NCBI RefSeq assembly: GCF_035285525.1
Contig: NZ_JAYKGW010000129.1
Coordinates: forward strand, 13,420 to 45,419
Source: Okeania sp.
GTDB lineage: Bacteria; Cyanobacteriota; Cyanobacteriia; Cyanobacteriales; Microcoleaceae
Reading direction: 5' to 3'
Length of the DNA stretch: 32,000 nt
Under the pieces are notes generated by a model, which saw only the letters and a program-made list of their open reading frames with translations, searched no databases and was not told where the DNA came from. Positions 24,796-32,000 of this stretch are shown one piece after another. A program made the position numbers and the translations under genes. Position 1 is the first letter of the stretch. Each line of letters begins with the position of its first letter.

Positions 24796-26682
24796 CTACA
24801 TAATTGGAACATAACGTTCTTTCTCAGGAACAGTAGCATACTCAGCTACAATCTGCCGGAACTCATCACCATCAATAGTCTCTTTTTCCACCAACAAATC
24901 AACCAAACGATCGATAACAGCTCGGTTATCTCGCATCATCTGACAAGCATCTTCATAACAATGTTCCACAATACTTCTAACCTGAGCATCAATACGAGAA
25001 GCTATTTCATCAGAATATTCAGAACGAGTCATCATGTCGCGACCCAAAAATACCTCACTTTGTCCAGTTTCCAGAGACATCGGACCCAAATTAGACATAC
25101 CATAACGAGTCACCATTTGACGCGCCATACCTGTAACCTGTTGCAAGTCATTACCAGCACCAGTAGTCACCTCAGCATCTCCAAAAATAACCTTCTCAGC
25201 AGCGCGACCACCTAATGCACCAGTAATACGAGCCAAAATTTGCGACCTAGAAATTAAACCTTGCTCTTCATTAGGCATAAACCAAGTCAGACCACGAGCT
25301 TGACCGCGAGGTACCAAAGTCACTTTTTGTACAGGATCGTGTTCTTTCAGTAAAGTACCAACAATAGCGTGACCAACTTCGTGATAAGCAATCAATCGCT
25401 TACTCTTACCATCCATCAGCGGAGTACCTTCCATACCCGCAACCACTCGGTCTACAGCATCATTAATTTCCAACATTGTAATTGCTTCCTTACGACGACG
25501 AGCAGTGAGAATAGCAGCTTCATTCAATAAATTAGCCAAATCTGCACCCGTAAAACCAGGAGTTCGACGAGAAATCTCCTCCAGAGATATTTCCTCACTC
25601 AATTTCTTATCGCGAGCGTGAACATTTAAAATTGATAAACGACCCTTAACATCAGGAGCATCAACAGTAACTTGACGGTCAAATCTACCAGGACGTAACA
25701 ATGCAGAATCTAAAACATCAGGACGGTTAGTCGCAGCAATAATAATAATTCCACTATTACCCTCAAAACCATCCATTTCAGTTAGTAGTTGGTTCAGAGT
25801 TTGTTCCCTCTCATCATTACCACCACCAATACCAGCACCACGTTGTCTACCCACCGCATCAATTTCATCAATAAAAATGATACAAGGAGCATTTTCCTTA
25901 GCTTTCTTGAAAAGGTCTCGTACCCGGGAAGCCCCCACACCCACAAACATTTCCACAAATTCCGAACCAGAAATACTAAAGAATGGGACACCAGCTTCAC
26001 CAGCGATCGCCTTGGCCAACAAAGTTTTACCAGTTCCCGGAGGGCCTACCAACAAAACACCTTTAGGAATTTTCGCTCCCACTGCTGTAAACTTTTCTGG
26101 TTTTTTCAAGAAAGTCACAACCTCTTGTAACTCTTCTTTGGCCTCATCAACTCCAGCCACATCATCAAACAGAACCCCTGTTTTGGCCTCCATTGAGAAA
26201 CGAGCTTTGGACTTACCAAAATTCATAGCTTGTCCAGGGCCACCAGGAACATTATTAGAGCGTCGGAATAGAAAAAATAGACCTACAATCAATAAAATAG
26301 GGAAAATCAAATTTCCTAATAAACCCCATACCGCTCCTTCATTCCGTGGAGGATGGATATCAAAATTAATATTTGCTTCTCGCAGACGGGAAATTAGGTC
26401 TGGGGAATTAGCAGGTAAATCTACCCGTAATTTGGCGACTTGATTATCCAGTTCTGGATCAACTGCTTCGACAATAGCTGTACGACCATTATCATACAAA
26501 TCTACACTTGTAACTCGATCAGCTTGTAAGTAGTCCAAAAATCTACCATAGCTCATACGGCTTCTAGCAGTATTGCTGCCCATATTTGCTTGTGTCTGGG
26601 CAAATGCCCCTTGCCAAACAAAAAAACCAATGACCAAAACTGGTAGAGTCCAAAGTACGATGGTTTTCCAAGAAATTTTCAT
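24796..26682 (-). CDS. ftsH: ATP-dependent zinc metalloprotease FtsH
   Basis: 628 aa. It has two N-terminal transmembrane segments, the AAA+ Walker A GPPGTGKT, Walker [10 protein letters not shown], the second region of homology, and the zinc site HEVGHA. Confidence 0.97.
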   Translation of the reverse strand: MKISWKTIVLWTLPVLVIGFFVWQGAFAQTQANMGSNTARSRMSYGRFLDYLQADRVTSVDLYDNGRTAIVEAVDPELDNQVAKLRVDLPANSPDLISRLREANINFDIHPPRNEGAVWGLLGNLIFPILLIVGLFFLFRRSNNVPGGPGQAMNFGKSKARFSMEAKTGVLFDDVAGVDEAKEELQEVVTFLKKPEKFTAVGAKIPKGVLLVGPPGTGKTLLAKAIAGEAGVPFFSISGSEFVEMFVGVGASRVRDLFKKAKENAPCIIFIDEIDAVGRQRGAGIGGGNDEREQTLNQLLTEMDGFEGNSGIIIIAATNRPDVLDSALLRPGRFDRQVTVDAPDVKGRLSILNVHARDKKLSEEISLEEISRRTPGFTGADLANLLNEAAILTARRRKEAITMLEINDAVDRVVAGMEGTPLMDGKSKRLIAYHEVGHAIVGTLLKEHDPVQKVTLVPRGQARGLTWFMPNEEQGLISRSQILARITGALGGRAAEKVIFGDAEVTTGAGNDLQQVTGMARQMVTRYGMSNLGPMSLETGQSEVFLGRDMMTRSEYSDEIASRIDAQVRSIVEHCYEDACQMMRDNRAVIDRLVDLLVEKETIDGDEFRQIVAEYATVPEKERYVPIM

Positions 26683-27161
26683 TAAAAAATGGCCTCTTTT
26701 AGTAAAATTGCATTAGAAAAATGAGAAGTGTAATTTTCTACACTCATAATCTTAATTAAATGTAACTTAATATTAAACGATAGGACAACTTTAATGCTTT
26801 TTGCTATGAGGTAGAGAAGTAAATGCCTCAGGCATATCTTCTAACTTGAAACAACTAACTAATGTGGTGTTATAGTTCATTCAGTTGAGATAAGACTGAC
26901 AAAATTAAAGACCTGTCTTATCCTATGTGATTGTGATTATGTTTTTATGAAGTATTATCCAGTTAACTGGAATTTGTGAAGGTACTGTAACTCTAGTTTT
27001 ATGCAATTATTAATTTTGTCAGATGATTTGAGTTGCTTATGCTTTCTGTACCGTTAGTCTTAATTACCTAATTTATAGAAACTTATGAATAGAAATTTAG
27101 GACTTTCAATAACGGTAGTATTTTGATTTAAAAGTTTTAGTGAGGAGGTATATAGAATCTA

Positions 27162-28283
27162 ATGGTAATTAAACAACCAGCAGCAGCAGCAATGCTGACT
27201 CAAAAACAAGGGAATCCTAATAAAAAAGTTATTCTTAGTGCAGATCTAGGACGGACAGCTACCAAAGCTTGTGTGAGTCGTACCCCAAATAGTGTAGTCT
27301 TTATTCCCGCTAATGTTAAGAAATTAACTGTAGAAGAAGTAAGATCGGGAAATTTTGAATCTAAACCTACAGATCCACTATTAGATATGTGGTTAGAGTA
27401 TCAAGGTGTTGGATATGCTTTAGGTCAACTAGCTGCCGACTTTGGAGCTAATCTATTTGGTGAGAATCCAGGTTTACCTAAACCTAAAACTGAAGATACT
27501 TTGGCTAAGTCTAAAGTTGAAGATGCTTTAGTTAAAGTTTTGGCCTGTGTAGGCTATTTTCAGCTCACAGGAGAGTTTTCGGTTGTTGTCGGTTTACCTT
27601 TCTATTCCCAAGAACAATTTGAGAAGGAAAAAGCACAGATTATTAGTCAACTACAATCTCGTCATCTCATGTCTTATCGAGGGGCTGAATCTATAGAAAT
27701 TAGGATTAACAAAGTTTGGGTTATGCCAGAAGGATATGGTACCTTGTTATGGACTGAGGCTAATCATGGCAAAGAATTTCAACCACAATTACCTAAACTA
27801 TCTCTGGCCATTGTTGATATTGGCCATCAAACCTCTGACTTTTTGATGGTAGATCGTTTTCGGTTCGCCAGAGCTGCTTCTAAGAGTGAACCTTTTGGTA
27901 TGAACAAATTTTATGAAAGTTTAGCTGATAAGATTCCAGGTGCAGATGCTCAGTCTTTGTCTTTGATAGAAGCTGTCCACAAGCCCGAAGGTCAGCGTTC
28001 TTATCGTCCCAGGGGAGCCACAAAACCTGTGGATCTTGATGGTATAATACCTGATAAGCGTAAAGAATTTGCTAAAGAGCTTTGTACCCGTTTAATTAAG
28101 TGGATACCAGAAAGGGTAAGTGATGTTATTCTCACTGGTGGTGGAGCTGATTTTTTCCAGGAAGATTTAGTCAAACTACTCCAAGAAGCTGGCCTTAAAC
28201 CTCATTTGGCTCAACCTCCCAGAGAAGCAAATGCTTTAGGACAATACATCTATGGGGAAGCTCAATTAGCAACATCTAAGTAA
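27162..28283 (+). CDS. ParM/StbA-like actin-fold ATPase
   Basis: 373 aa. The actin/ParM signature blocks appear in the correct order: phosphate-1 ILSADLGRTATKA, VVVGLPF, VWVMPEGYG, phosphate-2 LAIVDIGHQTSDF, adenosine VILTGGGADFF, and C-terminal EANALGQYIYG. A good SD (gaggagg) lies upstream. Confidence 0.8.
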   Translation: MVIKQPAAAAMLTQKQGNPNKKVILSADLGRTATKACVSRTPNSVVFIPANVKKLTVEEVRSGNFESKPTDPLLDMWLEYQGVGYALGQLAADFGANLFGENPGLPKPKTEDTLAKSKVEDALVKVLACVGYFQLTGEFSVVVGLPFYSQEQFEKEKAQIISQLQSRHLMSYRGAESIEIRINKVWVMPEGYGTLLWTEANHGKEFQPQLPKLSLAIVDIGHQTSDFLMVDRFRFARAASKSEPFGMNKFYESLADKIPGADAQSLSLIEAVHKPEGQRSYRPRGATKPVDLDGIIPDKRKEFAKELCTRLIKWIPERVSDVILTGGGADFFQEDLVKLLQEAGLKPHLAQPPREANALGQYIYGEAQLATSK

Positions 28284-28474
28284 GTTGTTGCTTTTTTGGA
28301 CATTGAGAACCAAGATATTTAGACTTAGAACTTACAATATAGGTAATTTCAATGTCAAGACCCAATCTAGAATTGATTAGAGCGCTATATTTTTTTAATG
28401 TAGTTGTTTCTGTATCTGAAAGTAACAATAATGGGGACAAAGTAGAAAATAAATTTTCTTTGTCCCTCTATAAG

Positions 28475-28864
28475 TAGGGTTTGCTGAAAAAAAGCAGAGT
28501 GTGGGAAGGGTGGGAAGACACAGACCATAGAAGAAAAAATTATTTCTTGATTTTTCTACCCTTGGTCTCCCTAAAATCCTAGAATGCATGATTTTTCACC
28601 AATTTATCGGGAACCTTACCGTGTTTGAGAAACCTAAAAGCGGGTAATTTTTCCATACCTAAAAATGCTAAAAGCATTAGTATTTCATTAATGGATAATG
28701 GATAATGGATAATTACCTCTCCCTAATAGTGAGAGGATTGGCGCTTAAGGAAAAGATTTATTTTTTTCCCCTATCCCAGGGGAGGCTTCAAGGCGCGAAT
28801 TATTTAATTGTTTAATTATTAATTATTTCGGTAAAGGCTTTTAGATTTAATCAGCAAACCCTAA
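28475..28864. mobile_element. MITE-like element, family 2, complete with both TIRs, carrying a nested family-4 element (28690-28836)
   Basis: The left end is tagggtttgctga and the right end is atttaatcagcaaaccctaa, which are inverted. The internal block aaaaattatttcttgatttttcta is shared with the 29827 copy. The segment 28690-28836 is the reverse complement of the 4366-4570 family. Confidence 0.7.
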
Positions 28865-28976
28865 GTATTAAAGTAAAGTTGAATATTGGATGAAAAACTG
28901 AATTATTATCTATAGCAGCTCAGAAGTTTTTCCAAAATTATTTACTAAAATACTTGATATGGTGCTTTGTCTAAAG

Positions 28977-29163
28977 TTAAGCATTTAGCTATTAGCACCT
29001 CAGCTATCAGTAATAAAAACCTCAAGCTTAAGGAGGATATTTATAACGAATATAAACCTGAAAACTGGCTTTTGTAGTAATTTTTCATTCTCAAATGAAA
29101 AAGCTTTTATCACAAACTCAAAGCATTCTTCTGATAGCTAATAGCTGACGGCTGAATGCTTAC
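28977..29163. mobile_element. MITE-like element, family 3, with about 32-bp TIRs
   Basis: The left arm is taagcatttagctattagcacctcagctatcag. The right arm is ctgatagctaatagctgacggctgaatgcttac. It ends 27 bp upstream of the ATG at 29191. Confidence 0.7.
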
Positions 29164-29190
29164 TGTCTAAGTTAATCAAAATATGACCTG

Positions 29191-29826
29191 ATGCTGTGGG
29201 AAAAAAATCAGAAAAAAGAAGTCTTTTTTACCGAAGAGGCAGCAGACAAACAGTTGTTAGCAGCTATTGAAAAAGAGTTAAATACCCAAAAATACCAAAC
29301 TTTTAGTAATCTCTGTAAGCAAGCTTTGTGGCAATTTTTGTATGTATCTTTATCTACAGAAATAGCTCAATCTGCGTCAAATTTACAACGTCTAGAACAC
29401 AGAATTTATGAGAAGCTTAACCAACATTTTTCTGAGTTGGAAAAAACAATTGCTTCTAGTGAATTAAATGAATCTAATCAGATAACTGAATCAAATGAAT
29501 CTAATCAGATAGCTGAATTAGATGAAATGAAAAAACACTTGAGTCAAATGAATCAACAATTGACTCAAATGCAGTTGAGTTTTAATGCGAAGTTTGTTGA
29601 AGTTTTACAATCTTTTAAAGCAGAATTGCCAAAAATTGAAGCAGCTATTGATAAATATAGAAGAGAAAAACCTATTTACCAAACTATTCAGGAACCAGAA
29701 CTAACTCGTACTAAAACTACAGAAACAGATTTACCTGATGAAACATCAATTACAGAAGTTGAAACATCTATCACAGAGTCAGATCCTGTGTTGCAGCATT
29801 TAAGTTCTCTTATAGAAGACTTTTAA
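29191..29826 (+). CDS. Coiled-coil protein with putative N-terminal ribbon-helix-helix fold (ParR-like adaptor candidate)
   Basis: 211 aa. Residues 9-52, KEVFFTEEAADKQLLAAIEKELNTQKYQTFSNLCKQALWQFL, fit a strand-helix-turn-helix RHH pattern. The middle is heptad-rich and Q/E/L-rich, with a 24-bp in-frame duplication (ESNQITE/ESNQIAE). The tail is acidic and ends in an amphipathic DPVLQHLSSLIEDF. The function is inference. Confidence 0.5.
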   Translation: MLWEKNQKKEVFFTEEAADKQLLAAIEKELNTQKYQTFSNLCKQALWQFLYVSLSTEIAQSASNLQRLEHRIYEKLNQHFSELEKTIASSELNESNQITESNESNQIAELDEMKKHLSQMNQQLTQMQLSFNAKFVEVLQSFKAELPKIEAAIDKYRREKPIYQTIQEPELTRTKTTETDLPDETSITEVETSITESDPVLQHLSSLIEDF

Positions 29827-30077
29827 TTAGGGTTTGCTGATCAAATACAATCTAGAAGCATTGACAAATAAAAGTAAAAGAATTTTTAAGTCAAAATAAA
29901 GTACCAGGTTTTTGCCTAAGAAAACTAAAATAGTAAAATAGTTAGTATTCAGGCAATAGTTGGGCAAAAAAATTATCCCTTGATTTTTCTAAGTACCTCA
30001 TTCTATAATTCTCTATTCTTCTTGAGTCTTAACTACTCTCTACTTTGCCAAAAAGACTTTCCATAAGCAAACTTTAA
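29827..30077. mobile_element. MITE-like element, family 2, abutting the stop codon of 29191..29826
   Basis: Reads ttagggtttgctgatcaaatac...gcattgacaaat...aaagtaccaggttttt...aaaaaagactttccataagcaaactttaa. Confidence 0.65.
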
Positions 30078-30225
30078 TTAGGTCTTGCTGATTAAATACC
30101 ATCAGGATTTAGAGATAAAGGTTTGAGCAATTTTAAGTGCTAAAAAAAAGTAAAAGTATTAGCTTTTCGGTTGATGCAGCAGAAAAATTGAGGAGCAAAT
30201 CCTAAATTAATTATTACGGCAAAGA
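30078..30225. mobile_element. MITE-like element, family 2, second tandem copy, right end unclear
   Basis: Reads ttaggtcttgctgattaaatacc...gcagaaaaattgaggagc (compare ggcagaaaaattaagagac in the 11385 copy). It starts directly at the end of the previous copy. Confidence 0.45.
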
Positions 30226-30289
30226 TTCGGATTAGTTGCATCACTTATGGCTTAGAACTTGTAAAAGTTTGGTTATAGCAAGTTTTCTT

Positions 30290-30889
30290 CTAATCAGTAT
30301 TATCTGAAACTTTTATTAGTACAAATACACTTCCTTTGTTACCTCTACCAATGCGTAAATCTTTATCTAGATAAGTAATATCTAACCATCCTTTTTGCTC
30401 ACGATTTTGAATATTAAAATCAATCGCAGTAAATTTTTTTCCTGATTCTATTTCAGAAATTAATTTGTGAGGAAATTGATACCTAATTAAACTTTGCAAA
30501 CCTAAAATTGAACGATTAAATTTAACACTTACTCGTTTTTCAGAGACAATTTCAAACTGAGCAACAACACTAATAATTCCCTCTAAAAATGGTAAACCGT
30601 AAATCTCAGCAATATTATAGATAGCTGTATCTTCAACTCGGATACATTGATAAATATCACCTAGCTTCAAGAACGGAAATTTGTCAATTCCTAATAATTC
30701 TTGGCTAGTAGTATAAAGTAATTTCCAATCACCATTTAATAGCTTTTTTGATGCAAAAGGGTGGGGGTTAGGATTATCATCTTCTAGTCTCGCGATCGCT
30801 GCCAAAATTTCTTTTTGCTCGTTTTTACTTGTCAGTAAACCACGATTTTTATCTATAAGTGTGGCAATTAGTTTTGATTTATGTATCAT
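30290..30889 (-). CDS. PAP/fibrillin family protein
   Basis: ORF 30290..30940. The track start is a TTG, and I prefer the ATG at 30889 (MIHKSKLIATLIDKNRGLL). The segments EILAAIARLEDDNPNP and LNGDWKLLYTTSQELLG fit the fibrillin family pattern. Confidence 0.75.
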   Translation of the reverse strand: MIHKSKLIATLIDKNRGLLTSKNEQKEILAAIARLEDDNPNPHPFASKKLLNGDWKLLYTTSQELLGIDKFPFLKLGDIYQCIRVEDTAIYNIAEIYGLPFLEGIISVVAQFEIVSEKRVSVKFNRSILGLQSLIRYQFPHKLISEIESGKKFTAIDFNIQNREQKGWLDITYLDKDLRIGRGNKGSVFVLIKVSDNTD

Positions 30890-31295
30890 AATTCTTGTTT
30901 GCTGTAAATTTAAACCAGTATGGGAATTGCTATAAAGCAATATTATCAGTTAAGAAAAGTTCAAAAACATCCTGTAGGTATCCGGGTATTACCCAGTTTT
31001 GAAGATATCTTTAACAGCAGAAAAAAATTTTAGATTGACTCACTACCTGAATTAATTTTAACTTAAATTTAACTAATTTTTTGAGATTTTATATTAACAG
31101 TACTTAAGCAAAGCTGCTATATATAGAGTTAAAAAAACGATTGCGCATGGGGTTTTAAGCACTATATCTAGGGTGACTGCGTAAGTCCTGATTAAATACG
31201 GTAGTATTGGTATAAAAAAAAAGCAGAGAAACCGAGTTTATATGAAATATTGACTATACTGATATTTACCTCCCACAAATCCGGTTTCTGTTTAC

Positions 31296-31325
31296 GAAGT
31301 CAGAAGTCAGAAGTCAGAAGTCAGA
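31296..31325. repeat. STRR-like heptamer tandem repeat (AGTCAGA x4)
   Basis: Reads gaagtcagaagtcagaagtcagaagtcaga. Confidence 0.85.
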
Positions 31326-31487
31326 TAGGTGAGCCTTGGATTGGTGACGTACAGAAGTTGTTTTTTTTAACGGGGATTTAAGCAAGGAATCAAAACATTT
31401 CGCCGATCAAGGCTGGGCTTTAGACCCAATTATTTTGATGATACTTCTATTTATCGGAAACCATAGCAAGAAGATTTAATATTAGTA

Positions 31488-31597
31488 GGACTTACGCACG
31501 AACGCTATTGGTAGGATGCGTTTCGCTGCGCGACATGAAAAGCGCACAACGCACAACGCACCAATACTCTATATATAGTGCCTCCCGTGTAAGTCCT
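31488..31597. mobile_element. MITE-like element with family-1 TIRs but a different core
   Basis: Reads aggacttacgcacgaacgc...gcgtttcgctgcgcgacatgaaaagcgcacaacgcacaacgcacc...cccgtgtaagtcct. The core shares gcatttcgctgcgtgacatg (as reverse complement) with 15480-15499. Confidence 0.55.
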
Positions 31598-31788
31598 GAT
31601 TAGATGATTTTTTGGTGCAATTTGATACACATAAATCTATCTAATCTATTCGATATTAACAGGGAAAATATTTATATATAGTAAAATTTCTGATAAAATT
31701 CCCTAAAACCCAACATACCAAATAAAGGAGATGAGTCAATCTAATAATAATAGGGCAAACTAACTAAAATTCCTTGCATTCAGGATAT

Positions 31789-32000
31789 ATGGAAGAAGAA
31801 CAACAAAACAATAGTCAACTACAACCTGTAGAGTCAATAAATACACCAGTCCAGGAAACAGCAGTTCCACAACCTATAGTCCAGGAAACAGCAGTTCCAC
31901 AACCTGTAGTCCAGGAAACAGCAGTTCCACAACCTGTAGTCCAGGAAACAGCAGTTCCACAACCTGTAGTCCAGGAAACAGCAGTTCCACAACCTGTAGT
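31789..32000 (+). CDS. Repeat protein, N-terminal part (runs off the window): tandem VQETAVPQP(V/I) decapeptides
   Basis: Absent from the track because there is no stop. ATG 31789 gives MEEEQQNNSQLQPVESINTP followed by at least 5 units of VQETAVPQPV. These are encoded by 30-bp repeats from 31849 (period 30). The first unit differs by one base and the later ones are identical. Confidence 0.6.
   Translation, partial: MEEEQQNNSQLQPVESINTPVQETAVPQPIVQETAVPQPVVQETAVPQPVVQETAVPQPVVQETAVPQPV

Noticed and set aside
28352-28477. A 41-codon ORF, MSRPNLELIRALYFF...SLSLYK*, whose stop codon is the first three bases of the MITE TIR. It might be the 5' stump of a gene truncated by the insertion; the N-terminus faintly recalls SnoaL/NTF2-like proteins.
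   Set aside because: The sequence beyond the MITE (28865 onward) has stops in all three frames within a few codons, so no continuation exists. The ORF also contains the 9-bp hairpin, which more plausibly terminates the parM-like transcript. The similarity is too weak to call.
28395-28589. A 64-aa minus-strand ORF in the parM-like downstream spacer.
   Set aside because: It lies mostly inside the family-2 MITE (28475-28864), so it is repeat-derived sequence and most likely non-coding.
31731-31763. A 10-codon uORF (MSQSNNNRAN*) preceded by aaaggag, upstream of the repeat-protein gene.
   Set aside because: The SD-like sequence directly abuts the ATG with no spacer. The peptide is trivial in length and composition, and there is no supporting evidence.

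Overview
The window reads as a chromosomal segment of a filamentous, AT-rich (Nostocales-type) cyanobacterium. By eye I found at least 15 HIP1 octamers (GCGATCGC), many heptanucleotide STRR-like tandem repeats and several MITE-like repeat families. No database search was run, so all product calls rest on motifs read from the translations.

Most genes are housekeeping:
- PBP4-type D-Ala-D-Ala carboxypeptidase
- AIM24/DUF124 family protein
- DUF1460 amidase-like protein
- CbiX
- FAD-oxidoreductase::SelD fusion
- DUF89/ARMT1 family protein
- M1 aminopeptidase with HEAT repeats
- PgsA
- ABC-F ATPase
- TenA
- cyclophilin
- FtsH
- PAP/fibrillin

A partial FHA-FHA-ABC ATPase sits at the left edge. 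A partial protein built from perfect 30-bp repeats sits at the right edge.

Accessory or unusual content:
1. A chromosomal ParM/StbA-like actin-fold ATPase (27162-28283) is followed in the canonical parM-then-parR order by a 211-aa protein (29191-29826). That protein has a ribbon-helix-helix-like N-terminus, a coiled coil and an acidic/hydrophobic tail. About 900 bp of nested MITEs separate the two genes. This is my best candidate for an undescribed system.
2. An AT-rich type II restriction-modification module (21985-24525) pairs a gamma-class N6-adenine methyltransferase with a small PD-(D/E)xK nuclease that has no ATG start. A Cys-rich orphan gene lies next to it.
3. A 2.1-kb gene-decay zone (14652-16743) holds a frameshifted retropepsin-like protease, a broken ParD-like antitoxin, an ORF with one in-frame TGA, and a repeated palindromic motif.
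4. A tandem hairpin-repeat array supplies the last codons and the stop of selD.
5. Four MITE-like families fill most intergenic space, with nesting and with gene bracketing.

No tRNA, rRNA or CRISPR array was recognised.
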